Assembly (NCBI GenBank): GCA_000276965.1
Contig: AKKQ01000002.1
Coordinates: forward strand, 1,537-65,536
Direction: 5' to 3'
Length of the DNA stretch: 64,000 bases
Source: Thiovulum sp. ES
GTDB taxonomy: Bacteria > Campylobacterota > Campylobacteria > Campylobacterales > Thiovulaceae
This document shows, piece after piece, positions 19,094-28,313 of the stretch. Made by a program: the position numbers and the translations under genes. The first letter of the stretch is position 1, and every line of letters begins with the position of its first letter. The notes beneath the pieces are model-generated. The model did not search any database. It saw only the letters and a list, made by a program, of their open reading frames with translations, and had not been told where the DNA came from.

Positions 19094-20233
19094 TTGAAAA
19101 TTATTCACACTTCAGATTGGCATTTGGGTCAAAATCTTATTCGTCACTCTCGAGAAAAAGAGCATAAAGAGTTTTTATCTTGGCTTCTTAAAACTCTACA
19201 AGAGAAAGAGATAGAGCTTCTTCTAATTTCTGGTGATATTTTTGACACCGTAACACCTCCAAACAGTGCTTTAACACTCTATTACGATTTCCTTTCTGAG
19301 ACTAAAAAAATAGAGAGTTTGAAAAAAGTTGTTGTTGTTGCGGGAAATCACGATTCAATTTACAACCTTTCCGCACCAAAACAGCTTTTAGAGAATTTAA
19401 ATATAAAAGTTGTGGCAAGTGGCGAAAACTTGGACGATGAAATTTTGCATATTCCAGATTTTGGGATAGTTTGTGCAGTTCCGTATCTTCGCGATGGAGT
19501 TTTAAAAAAGTTCAAAAGCGGTGAGACCTCATCGGAAAGAAGCACACAAATTCAAAATGGACTTCAGAAACATTATGAGGAACTTTATAAAAAAGCGAGA
19601 GAGATTTCGGAAGATTTGCCAGTTATTGCAACTGGACACTTAACAACTCTACGAGGTGAGATCGGGGACGGAGAGCGAAATATCTATATCGGAAATCTTG
19701 ATGGAGTCCCAAGTGAAATTTTTAAAGATTTTGATTATGTAGCACTTGGACATCTTCATAAATGTCAAAAGGTTTCTGAGAAAATATATTACAGCGGTTC
19801 GCCAATTCCACTCACTTTTAAAGAGGCAAAAAACAAGCAATTTGTTATGTTTTACAACAGTGGTGAGATTGAAAAAATTGAAGTTCCCCGTTTTCGTGAA
19901 ATTGTCTCAATCTCAACAAATTTACAAAATCTTGATGCTGAACTCTCAAAATTAGAACCTGAAAGTTTTGTAGAGGTATTTATTTTAGATGAGTTTGGTG
20001 AATATGCTAGAAACCAGATTTCTGATATTTCTAAAAATCATGATTTGCATATTTTGTCAGAAAGATTCGATTACAAAAAAGTCGAAGATGAAAATGTTGA
20101 AAAAGAGGAGAAAATTGTAAATCTAAATACGGTTAAACATGAAGATATTTTTTTAGAGCTGTTTGAAAAGAGTGAAAGAAAGGATTCTTTGTTACAAAAA
20201 TATAGAGAGATTGTCGAGGAGATAGAGATTTGA
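19094..20233 (+). CDS. sbcD: Exonuclease SbcCD, nuclease subunit
   Basis: Calcineurin-like phosphoesterase motifs MKIIHTSDWHLG, SGDIFD, GNHD and GHLH. TTG start. Confidence 0.9.
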   Translation: MKIIHTSDWHLGQNLIRHSREKEHKEFLSWLLKTLQEKEIELLLISGDIFDTVTPPNSALTLYYDFLSETKKIESLKKVVVVAGNHDSIYNLSAPKQLLENLNIKVVASGENLDDEILHIPDFGIVCAVPYLRDGVLKKFKSGETSSERSTQIQNGLQKHYEELYKKAREISEDLPVIATGHLTTLRGEIGDGERNIYIGNLDGVPSEIFKDFDYVALGHLHKCQKVSEKIYYSGSPIPLTFKEAKNKQFVMFYNSGEIEKIEVPRFREIVSISTNLQNLDAELSKLEPESFVEVFILDEFGEYARNQISDISKNHDLHILSERFDYKKVEDENVEKEEKIVNLNTVKHEDIFLELFEKSERKDSLLQKYREIVEEIEI

Positions 20234-22770
20234 AAATTCTAAAATTACACTTAAAAAATATAAATTCACTGTATGGAAATCACAAAATAGATTTTACTAA
20301 ATTTGAAGATGGAATTTTTCTAATCACTGGTGTAACGGGTAGCGGAAAAACAACAATTCTTGATGCAATTTCACTCGCACTTTATGGCGAAACTCCAAGA
20401 ATTGGAGGAAAACAAAGCAAAGATGTTTTGATGACAAAAGGAGCAGAGGAACTTTTTTCAGAATTGCATTTTGAGATTGCGGGTAAGATTTATGTTTCAA
20501 AATTTTCAATTACCAAAACAAAAACAGGAACAATTAAAAATCCACATATGGAGATTTCTTCAGACGGAGTAATTTTAGAGAGTGGTTTGACAAAAGTTAA
20601 AAACTATATTTTTGACCTCATCGGCTTACAATTCAATCAATTTATTCGCTCTGTTCTTCTTGCTCAAGGCTCTTTTGACTCTTTTTTAAAAACAAATGAG
20701 GCTGAAAAAGCTGAAGTTTTGGAAAAATTGACCGACTCACAAATTTACCGAGAAATTTCCCAAAAAGTTTATGAAAAGACGAAGGCGATGCAGAGAGAAA
20801 AAGAGCTTTTACAAAATATTATTGAAAACTACAAGCCAGTTTCTGAAACTGAAATTGCTGAAAAATTGCAACTCTTAGAAACTGAAATCTCAAACTTGGA
20901 TTTAGAAAATCTTTCGGAACAAATTTCTCAAATTCAAAAATTAGAGACTGAAAAAAATGCAAAATCTCAAAATTTGAAACAGATTCATGAACTTGGAACA
21001 AGCAAAAGAAAAAACTTAGAACAGACTGAAAACAGAATTGTAGAATTACAAAACTCGAATACAAATCTGAATTCTGAATTGGAAAAGTTGGAAAATTTCT
21101 TTCGTGAAAATTCTTTTCGTTCGGAATTGAAAGATGATTTTTCTGAAATTGTAAATCGGGTAAAAGATGTTGAAAAAGAGAAAAAGAGTTTCGCAAATCT
21201 TCAAATCTCAAAAAGTTTAAATGAAATTGAAAATCGACTCTCCCAAATTGAGAATATTTTGGAAATTGAGAATTTGTCGGTTTATCAAAAAGAGATTTCC
21301 GAATTGGAATCTTTTCAAAAATTTAGTTCTCAAAAAGAAAAAATAGATTCTGATTTGGGAGTTTTGAAGCCTCAAAATTTGGAATTAGAAAAAAGATTTT
21401 GTGAAACATCGGAGATTTTTGAGCAACTTTCTCAAAAACGGGAACAGGAAAAGTTGATTTTGAGTTATGAAGAGGAACGGGCAAATTTGGTTGATGGCGA
21501 ACCGTGTCCAGTTTGTGGAGCGACTGAACATCCGCTTTTTTCTGAAAAACCAAATATTGATGAGACTGAACGAGTTTGGAAAAGATATAAAAAAGATAAG
21601 TCAAATTTGGAAAAAGATTTAAATCAGATTTCTCAAAAAGTCGCTATTTTGGAGAATCAAAAAACTCAAGTTTCCGCAGAATTAGACTTAAACAGTTTTA
21701 AAAATCTGAATTCCGATGAGGTCGCAAAACTTCTTGTTGAAAAAAAATCTCGAATTCAATTTTTTGAAAATATTCAAAAAGAGGAAAAAAATCTTTTGAA
21801 AGAGAAAAAAGATGCTGAAAAATATTCCATTTTAAAAGAGCGATACGAGAATGGATTGAATTTTATAAATGCTAAATTTGAAAAATATCGAGTTTCTGGA
21901 ATTGCTGATTTGAAAAAAATCCGACAAGAAATTTCAGAAAATGAACAAACTCAAATTAAATTTAAAAATCAAATCTCTGTAAATTCTCAAACTCTTCAAA
22001 ATTTGGAAAGTCAAATCTCTCATTTAAATCATGATTTAAAAATCGAGAGAGAGAATTATAGAAATATGGAAAATGAGATTTCTGAACTTTCCAATCAAAT
22101 TTCTGCTTTTCCAAATTTGGAAAGTCTTCAGACCCAATTTTCTGAAAATAAGAAATTGCATAATGATTTTATTTTGCAAAAAGGCGAGTTACAAGGTATT
22201 TTGAAGCGAAATTCAGAAAACAGAAAAACTTATGAAACAAGCAAGAAGAAGCTAGAAAATATCAAAATTGAGTTACATGATTTAGAAATTTTAAATGGAG
22301 AGATTGGTTCTAGTGGCGGGGCGAAATATCAGAAAATTGCTCAAGAAAAGACTCTTCAAATGCTTGTTATTTTGGCAAACGATCATCTCTCAAAAATCAG
22401 TGATCGTTATAGACTAAAACGGACTGAAAAATTAAACTTGTCGATAATTGATAAGTTTTATGGAAATCACGAGCGGGAAATTTATACACTTTCGGGCGGT
22501 GAAACTTTTTTAGTTAGTCTCTCTCTGGCACTTGCACTCTCTGATTTTTCAAGTGAAAATATTGAGATAAATTCAATTTTTCTTGATGAAGGTTTTGGAA
22601 CTCTTGATGAAGATAGTCTTGAAATCGTTCTTTCTGCTCTCAACTCTTTGCAAAGTCGCGGAAAATCGATTGGAGTAATTTCGCATGTTCAACTTTTGAA
22701 AGAGCGAATATATTCTCAGGTTTTAGTTAAAAAAATTGGAGATGGCTTTTCAAAAATAGAGATTTTATAA
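20230..22770 (+). CDS. sbcC: Exonuclease SbcCD, ATPase subunit
   Basis: Walker A GVTGSGKTTILDAISLALYG, a long coiled coil with a CPVCG zinc hook, signature LSGGE, and Walker B IFLDEGFGTLD. The TTG start overlaps the sbcD stop. Confidence 0.9.
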   Translation: MKILKLHLKNINSLYGNHKIDFTKFEDGIFLITGVTGSGKTTILDAISLALYGETPRIGGKQSKDVLMTKGAEELFSELHFEIAGKIYVSKFSITKTKTGTIKNPHMEISSDGVILESGLTKVKNYIFDLIGLQFNQFIRSVLLAQGSFDSFLKTNEAEKAEVLEKLTDSQIYREISQKVYEKTKAMQREKELLQNIIENYKPVSETEIAEKLQLLETEISNLDLENLSEQISQIQKLETEKNAKSQNLKQIHELGTSKRKNLEQTENRIVELQNSNTNLNSELEKLENFFRENSFRSELKDDFSEIVNRVKDVEKEKKSFANLQISKSLNEIENRLSQIENILEIENLSVYQKEISELESFQKFSSQKEKIDSDLGVLKPQNLELEKRFCETSEIFEQLSQKREQEKLILSYEEERANLVDGEPCPVCGATEHPLFSEKPNIDETERVWKRYKKDKSNLEKDLNQISQKVAILENQKTQVSAELDLNSFKNLNSDEVAKLLVEKKSRIQFFENIQKEEKNLLKEKKDAEKYSILKERYENGLNFINAKFEKYRVSGIADLKKIRQEISENEQTQIKFKNQISVNSQTLQNLESQISHLNHDLKIERENYRNMENEISELSNQISAFPNLESLQTQFSENKKLHNDFILQKGELQGILKRNSENRKTYETSKKKLENIKIELHDLEILNGEIGSSGGAKYQKIAQEKTLQMLVILANDHLSKISDRYRLKRTEKLNLSIIDKFYGNHEREIYTLSGGETFLVSLSLALALSDFSSENIEINSIFLDEGFGTLDEDSLEIVLSALNSLQSRGKSIGVISHVQLLKERIYSQVLVKKIGDGFSKIEIL

Positions 22771-22796
22771 TTTTAAATTCTAATATTTCTATTTTT

Positions 22797-22805
22797 TGCT
22801 ATAAT
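22797..22805 (+). promoter_or_regulatory. Candidate extended -10 promoter of rpsB-tsf (TGcTATAAT)
   Basis: A perfect TGnTATAAT lies about 105 nt upstream of the rpsB start and is preceded by a T-rich tract. Confidence 0.5.
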
Positions 22806-22910
22806 CCCGCCCACAAAAGTTCATAGAGTAGTAATTCTTATCTAAAGGTTGCACAAATCTGTGTGAATGGCTACTCGGTAAAAAACCTTTTAAAATTTAA
22901 GGAGCTTATA

Positions 22911-23783
22911 TTGGTTACTATTAAAGACCTACTTGAGAGCGGGGTTCATTTCGGACACCAAACTAGACGATGGAATCCAAAGATGAAAAAATTCATCTTC
23001 GGTGTTAGAAAAAATATTTACATTATCGATCTTCAAAAAACTCTTCGATACTTCAGATACACTTATAATATTGTTAAAGATGCTTCTGCTGAGGGAAAAA
23101 CAATCCTTTTTGTTGGAACAAAAAAACAAGCAAGAACTTCTATTCAAGAGTGGGCTGAAAAAAGTGGAATGCCATATGTTAATAACAGATGGTTAGGTGG
23201 AATGCTTACAAACTTCTCAACAATCAAACAATCTATCAAAAAACTCGACATCATTGAAAACATGGAAGAGAGCGGACAAATCAATCTTCTTACTAAAAAA
23301 GAGGCTTTAACTCTAAGAAGAAAGAAAGATAAACTTCTTGCTTACCTTGGTGGAATTAAAGAGATGAGAGAACTTCCAGATATGCTTTTTGTTGTTGATG
23401 CTGTTCGAGAAAACATTGCAGTTGAAGAAGCAAGATCACTTGGAATTCCTGTTGTAGCTCCACTTGATACAAACTGTGATCCTGATGTTATCGACTACCC
23501 AATTCCTGGGAACGATGATGCTATTCGATCAATCAACCTTTTCTGTAAAGAGATGGCTGAGGCAATTAATGAAGGTAGAGCATCTGTCGAAAATACTGAA
23601 GAAGAAAATGTAGAAACTCCTGCAACAGCAGAATCAAGCGAAGAAGTTCCATCTGCTCCAAAAGAGGAAGAAGTTCCGTCTGCTCCAAAAGAGGAAGAAA
23701 TTCCATCTGCTCCAAAAGAGGAAGAAATTCCATCTGCTTCAAAAGAGGAAGAAGTTCCATCTGCTCCAAAAGAAGAGAAATAA
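22911..23783 (+). CDS. rpsB: 30S ribosomal protein S2 with a repeat-encoded acidic C-terminal extension
   Basis: (M)[30 protein letters not shown] is the canonical S2 N-terminus. TTG start 22911 follows AAGGAG; the ORF track starts at 22863. The C-terminus is five EEVPSAPKE units. Confidence 0.95.
   Translation: MVTIKDLLESGVHFGHQTRRWNPKMKKFIFGVRKNIYIIDLQKTLRYFRYTYNIVKDASAEGKTILFVGTKKQARTSIQEWAEKSGMPYVNNRWLGGMLTNFSTIKQSIKKLDIIENMEESGQINLLTKKEALTLRRKKDKLLAYLGGIKEMRELPDMLFVVDAVRENIAVEEARSLGIPVVAPLDTNCDPDVIDYPIPGNDDAIRSINLFCKEMAEAINEGRASVENTEEENVETPATAESSEEVPSAPKEEEVPSAPKEEEIPSAPKEEEIPSASKEEEVPSAPKEEK
23641..23775 (+). repeat. 27-bp x5 in-frame tandem repeat (GAAGAAGTTCCATCTGCTCCAAAAGAG and variants)
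   Basis: Five head-to-tail units differing at a few positions. They encode EEVPSAPKE / EEIPSAPKE / EEIPSASKE at the 3' end of rpsB. Confidence 0.95.
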
Positions 23784-23866
23784 AAACCGAAACAATTCTG
23801 TTTCAAAACTAAATTACAATTAAAAAATCCAGAACACTCTGTTCTGGAAAAAATTCAGGAAAAAAA

Positions 23867-24916
23867 ATGAAAATTGATGCTAAATTAGTAAAAGAGTTAA
23901 GAACTGCTACAGACGCTCCAATGATGGATTGTAAAAAAGCACTTGTAGAAGCTGAGGGTGATTTTGAAAAAGCAAAAGAGATTCTTAGAGATAAAGGAAT
24001 GTCTAAAGCTGGTAAAAAAGCGGATAGAGTTGCAAGTGAAGGTTTAGTTGATGTTGTTGTTGCTGAAGATTTCAAAAGTGCAACAGTTGCGGAAATCAAT
24101 GCTGAAACAGACTTTGTTGCTAAAAATGACAGATTTAAAGCACTTGTAAAAGAGACTACGGAATTTTTCCACAACAGCTCTGCTACTGATGTTGAAACTG
24201 CAATTACTGCTGATTACAATGAAAAACCTTTCGCTGATTATTTTACAGAAGAGACTGCAAAAATTGGTGAAAAAATTGTAGCAAGAAGATTTGAAAAACT
24301 TTCAGGAAATCTTGTAAATGGATACGTTCATTCAAACGGTCGAGTTGGTGTTCTTATTGGAATTGATACAGATAAACCTGCTGAAATGGCAACAATTGCA
24401 AAAAATATCGCAATGCATGCTGCGGCAATGAAACCAAATACTCTCTCTTACAAAGATTTTGATGCAAACTTTGTTGAAGAAGAGACAAAAGGTAGAATTG
24501 AAGCTATTAAAACTGAAAACGAAGAATTAGCTAGACTTGGAAAACCACTTAAAAATGTTCCACAATTTATTTCAAGATGCCAATTAACTGATGAGGTTTT
24601 AGCAAATGCAAAAGCTGAAATTGAAAATCAGTTAAAAGCAGAAGGAAAACCAGAGAAAATTTGGGATCGAATTGTTCCGGGGAAACTTGAAAGATTTGTA
24701 GCTGATAATACAACTCTTGACAAAGAGATGGCACTTCTTGATCAAAACTTTGTAATGGATGATTCTATGACAGTTGCGGAAGCGATTGAAAAAGAGGCTA
24801 AAAAAGCTGGTGCAAAAGCTGAACTAACTGGATATATTAGATTTGAGCTTGGTGATGGAATTGAGAAAAAACAAGAACTATCATTTGCTGAAGAAGTAGC
24901 TGCACAAACAAAATAA
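23867..24916 (+). CDS. tsf: Translation elongation factor Ts
   Basis: The N-terminal UBA-like region VKELRTATDAPMMDCKKALVEAEGDFEKAKEILRDKG and its position after rpsB. Confidence 0.95.
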   Translation: MKIDAKLVKELRTATDAPMMDCKKALVEAEGDFEKAKEILRDKGMSKAGKKADRVASEGLVDVVVAEDFKSATVAEINAETDFVAKNDRFKALVKETTEFFHNSSATDVETAITADYNEKPFADYFTEETAKIGEKIVARRFEKLSGNLVNGYVHSNGRVGVLIGIDTDKPAEMATIAKNIAMHAAAMKPNTLSYKDFDANFVEEETKGRIEAIKTENEELARLGKPLKNVPQFISRCQLTDEVLANAKAEIENQLKAEGKPEKIWDRIVPGKLERFVADNTTLDKEMALLDQNFVMDDSMTVAEAIEKEAKKAGAKAELTGYIRFELGDGIEKKQELSFAEEVAAQTK

Positions 24917-24920
24917 TTTC

Positions 24921-24938
24921 TTCCCGCAATTGCGGGAA
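24921..24938 (+). terminator. Hairpin after tsf (TTCCCGC-aatt-GCGGGAA)
   Basis: A perfect 7-bp stem 5 nt after the tsf stop. The downstream T-run is weak (CCATTTTT). Confidence 0.6.
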
Positions 24939-25009
24939 ACCCTCCATTTTTAAATTACTCCTCCAAAATTTAATTCAATATAATTAAAAGCAAATTTAAA
25001 AGAGATGAC

Positions 25010-26353
25010 ATGGCAAAAAAAAAGAGTTCAAAATTTGAGTGTCAAAGTTGCGGGTATCAAAGTTTGCAAAATTTTGGTAAATGCCCTAGCTGTAAAGATT
25101 GGGATACTTTTGTAGAGATTGTTGAAGAGAAAAAGAGTTCAAAATCTCGACCAGTTTCAATAACTTCTAGCGATAAGGTCATTTCAATTGTTGATGTTGA
25201 GACAACTGAAGTTGAGCGAGAGACAACACTTAATTCAGAATTAGATTTAGTTCTAGGTGGCGGAATTGTTAAAGGTTCGCTTGTTCTTATTGGAGGTTCG
25301 CCAGGAGTTGGAAAATCGACACTGCTTTTAAAAGTTGCGGGAAATCTTTCAAAAAATGGTTCTGTCTTATATGTAAGTGGAGAGGAATCGCTTTCACAAA
25401 TCAAAATTCGTGCCGACCGCTTGGAAGTTTCTGAAAAAGATTTATATCTCTATTCTGAAATTGAGTTTGAAAAAATTCTGGAAAAAGTAGAAGAAAACGA
25501 ATACAAAACACTTGTGATAGATTCAATTCAGACACTCTACACCTCATCGATAACGAGTTCCCCTGGAAGTGTTACCCAAGTTCGAGCCGTAACATTTGAG
25601 TTGATGAGACTTGCAAAAAGTCGTGGAATTTCAATTTTTATAATTGGACACATCACAAAAGAGGGTTCGATTGCTGGTCCAAGAGTTTTAGAACATATGG
25701 TTGATGTTGTTCTCTATTTTGAGGGCGAAATGAGTTCGGAATTGCGAATTTTACGAGGATTTAAAAATCGTTTCGGAGATACAAGTGAAGTTGGAATTTT
25801 TGAAATGAGTCGCGACGGATTACAGAGTGCAAAAAATATCACATCAAAATTTCTTTCTCGCTCAAAACCGCAATCTGGATCAGCTCTTACAGTTGTGATG
25901 GAAGGTAGTCGCCCAATTATTTTAGAAGTTCAGGCTCTTGTTAGTGAAAGTTATTCACCAAATTCAAAACGAAGTGTAAATGGATTTGAGCAAAATCGAC
26001 TCAATATGCTACTTGCACTTCTTGAGAAAAAATTGGAATTACCCTTAAATCAGTATGATGTTTTTGTAAATATCACAGGCGGAATTCGGATTTCAGAAAC
26101 AGCTTCAGATTTGGCAATTGTTGCTTCAATAATTTCTTCTTTCCGAAATAGACCACTCTCAAAAGAGACAATTTTTATTGGTGAAGTTTCGCTTATCGGC
26201 GATGTTCGAGATGTCTTCTCTCTTGATACTCGAGTTCGTGAAGCTGTTTCACAAGGAATTAAACGAGCAATTGTTCCAAAAAAAGTCTCACCAGATATTT
26301 CCGTTGAAACTTTTATTGTTGATGAGGTTCAAAAAGTTGTTGAGTGGATGTAA
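25010..26353 (+). CDS. radA: DNA repair protein RadA/Sms
   Basis: Zinc ribbon CQSCGYQ...CPSCKDW, Walker A GGSPGVGKSTLLL, the KNRFG motif, and a Lon-like C-terminal domain. Confidence 0.95.
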   Translation: MAKKKSSKFECQSCGYQSLQNFGKCPSCKDWDTFVEIVEEKKSSKSRPVSITSSDKVISIVDVETTEVERETTLNSELDLVLGGGIVKGSLVLIGGSPGVGKSTLLLKVAGNLSKNGSVLYVSGEESLSQIKIRADRLEVSEKDLYLYSEIEFEKILEKVEENEYKTLVIDSIQTLYTSSITSSPGSVTQVRAVTFELMRLAKSRGISIFIIGHITKEGSIAGPRVLEHMVDVVLYFEGEMSSELRILRGFKNRFGDTSEVGIFEMSRDGLQSAKNITSKFLSRSKPQSGSALTVVMEGSRPIILEVQALVSESYSPNSKRSVNGFEQNRLNMLLALLEKKLELPLNQYDVFVNITGGIRISETASDLAIVASIISSFRNRPLSKETIFIGEVSLIGDVRDVFSLDTRVREAVSQGIKRAIVPKKVSPDISVETFIVDEVQKVVEWM

Positions 26354-26356
26354 AAT

Positions 26357-26878
26357 TTAATTTTCTACAATAAGATAATTTCGCAAATTTTTTGAAATTA
26401 TTTCTATTTTTTGTTGAAGTCCTTCGACCTCATCAGGCAATTTAGAGCCTTTATAGAAAAGAAATTTTCCGCGATTTTTTAACAAATGTGAAGATATTTT
26501 TAAGAGTGTTTTTGTATCTGTAACAGCTCGAGAAGTTATTAAATCTACCTTTTCGATTTGCAAATTTTCAACTCTCTCTGAAAAAATATCCATATTTTTT
26601 AAACCCAATTCACTTTTGACATAGTGCAAAAAAGAACTCTTCTTTTTTATCGGTTCAACAAGTATCGCCCGTTTTTCTCGATTCGCAATTGCAATTGGAA
26701 TCGCAGGAAATCCCGCTCCGCTACCAACATCAAGAAAAGATTCAAACTCTATTTCTGAAATTGGAAAAAGCGAATCTTCAACAGATTCTCGAATCTCTCT
26801 TTCACTCATTCTTGTCAAATTATGAACTCGATTCCACTTTTGCAAGAGTGAAATATATTTTTCAATATCATTTTCCAC
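26357..26878 (-). CDS. rsmG: 16S rRNA (guanine527-N7)-methyltransferase
   Basis: SAM motif LDVGSGAGFPAIPIAI, and the ~173 aa size and overall pattern of GidB/RsmG. Confidence 0.85.
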   Translation of the reverse strand: MENDIEKYISLLQKWNRVHNLTRMSEREIRESVEDSLFPISEIEFESFLDVGSGAGFPAIPIAIANREKRAILVEPIKKKSSFLHYVKSELGLKNMDIFSERVENLQIEKVDLITSRAVTDTKTLLKISSHLLKNRGKFLFYKGSKLPDEVEGLQQKIEIISKNLRNYLIVEN

Positions 26879-26910
26879 AAAGAGCCTTTTTACTCTATCT
26901 TATCAAAGTT

Positions 26911-28251
26911 TTAAAAATAGCCTATCTCTGTTCGCAGTTTTTCCAAAAAAACAAGATATTTAAATTTTTCTTGAAGAAGAGTTTTCTCAATTTGTAAAGT
27001 TTGGATCTCACGAGCATTTACAAAAAAGAGATTGCTTGTTCCAACTTCATATTTTAGGTTTTCAGCTTTTTCAAGCTCTCTAACAAGCTCTAACTCTTCT
27101 CTTCTATTCTCCAAATTCCCTTTTAAAGTTTCTAACGAAAAAAGAGTATTTTGCAGAGCTGTTGAAATCTCAGCAATTTTTTTCTCTCGCAATTTTCTAA
27201 TATTTCCTAAATTTTGTAGAGTTTCACCAAGTTTTCCCTCATACTGATTTTGCTCAATTGGGAAATTCATGTTCAGCGAAACTTTAAATCCATCACCATA
27301 TTTAAAATCATGCACTCCATAAAGTGATAAATCTAAATCAGGGTATTTGAGTAGTTTCGCATTTTTCAGCTCTTTTTGGAATTTCTCTTTCTGGTAATCT
27401 AGCATTTTTAAATCAGGACGATTCTCTTTTGCAATTTGTAAGATTTCATCAAAATTAAAATTTACAAATTCCACTTGAACGGAGTTTTTTAAATAGAATT
27501 TTTCCTCAAATTCATCAGTGGAAATATTTAGGAATTTCACAAACTCTCTTAAACTATTTTTTAAATCTCGTTTTGCAGACAGAACTCGATTTTCTCGATT
27601 TAAAATTGTTTGCCGAATTTCAAGAAGTGTAATTCTTGGTAGCGAACCATTTTTGACTCTTTTTTCAATAAACTCTTTTCGCTTGTTTGCTTTTTTATAG
27701 AGCTTCTCTTCTAAATTCAGAACTAAACTATTTTCCAAAAGCGAAAAATATGATTTTACTATTTGTAAATATAATTTCCTTAATTCATCTTTTGAACTGA
27801 ATTTGCTCCGCAAACTCTCTAAATTTGCAATTTCTAGGTCTGTTTTAGCTCTATTTGTTCCGCCGAAAAATTGAAATATTGGCATTTTTAAACCAAAAAG
27901 CATCTCGCCTTTTTCGCCTGTTTTAATATTGTTGTATTCTTGAGTTCCAATAGATTTTCTGTATCCAGTCAAAAATTCTAATCCATTTTCAAACTTCTTT
28001 TTTACAAAAATCTCATCATATTCCGCAACACTTTTAGGATACTCTTTATCCTCTATTTTTCCACTCAATCGTGTATCAAATGAACTCTGTTTCTGCTTGA
28101 TTTTCTCTTTTGCTACCTTTTCAGAATTAAAAAGAGTCTCAAAAAATGGATTGCTCTCATTTAAAAATTCTGATATTTTTTCTGGAGTAAAAAGCTCTTT
28201 TGAGTTTAAGCTTGAAAGCAAAACAAGAGATAGGAAAATTTTCTTATTCAT
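26911..28251 (-). CDS. TolC-family outer-membrane efflux/channel protein
   Basis: Signal peptide MNKKIFLSLVLLSSLNS. 446 aa, with a two-fold internal organisation of long helical segments typical of outer membrane efflux proteins. No adjacent periplasmic adaptor or pump gene. Confidence 0.6.
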   Translation of the reverse strand: MNKKIFLSLVLLSSLNSKELFTPEKISEFLNESNPFFETLFNSEKVAKEKIKQKQSSFDTRLSGKIEDKEYPKSVAEYDEIFVKKKFENGLEFLTGYRKSIGTQEYNNIKTGEKGEMLFGLKMPIFQFFGGTNRAKTDLEIANLESLRSKFSSKDELRKLYLQIVKSYFSLLENSLVLNLEEKLYKKANKRKEFIEKRVKNGSLPRITLLEIRQTILNRENRVLSAKRDLKNSLREFVKFLNISTDEFEEKFYLKNSVQVEFVNFNFDEILQIAKENRPDLKMLDYQKEKFQKELKNAKLLKYPDLDLSLYGVHDFKYGDGFKVSLNMNFPIEQNQYEGKLGETLQNLGNIRKLREKKIAEISTALQNTLFSLETLKGNLENRREELELVRELEKAENLKYEVGTSNLFFVNAREIQTLQIEKTLLQEKFKYLVFLEKLRTEIGYF

Positions 28252-28313
28252 AAATTTTATTTTCTGCCTTAAAAAACAGAAAACTCCTTTTTAAAAAATT
28301 CTATCAAACATTT

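Noticed and set aside
23641-23775. Possible CRISPR-like array, because of the regular short repeats.
   Set aside because: The units are contiguous with no spacers, are exactly 27 bp (in frame), and lie inside rpsB. No cas genes are present in the window.
23495-23806. Repeat-containing ORFs on the - strand (GADGTSSSF units) opposite the rpsB 3' end.
   Set aside because: They are the reverse-complement reading of the in-frame rpsB tandem repeat. The + strand reading continues a canonical S2 protein.
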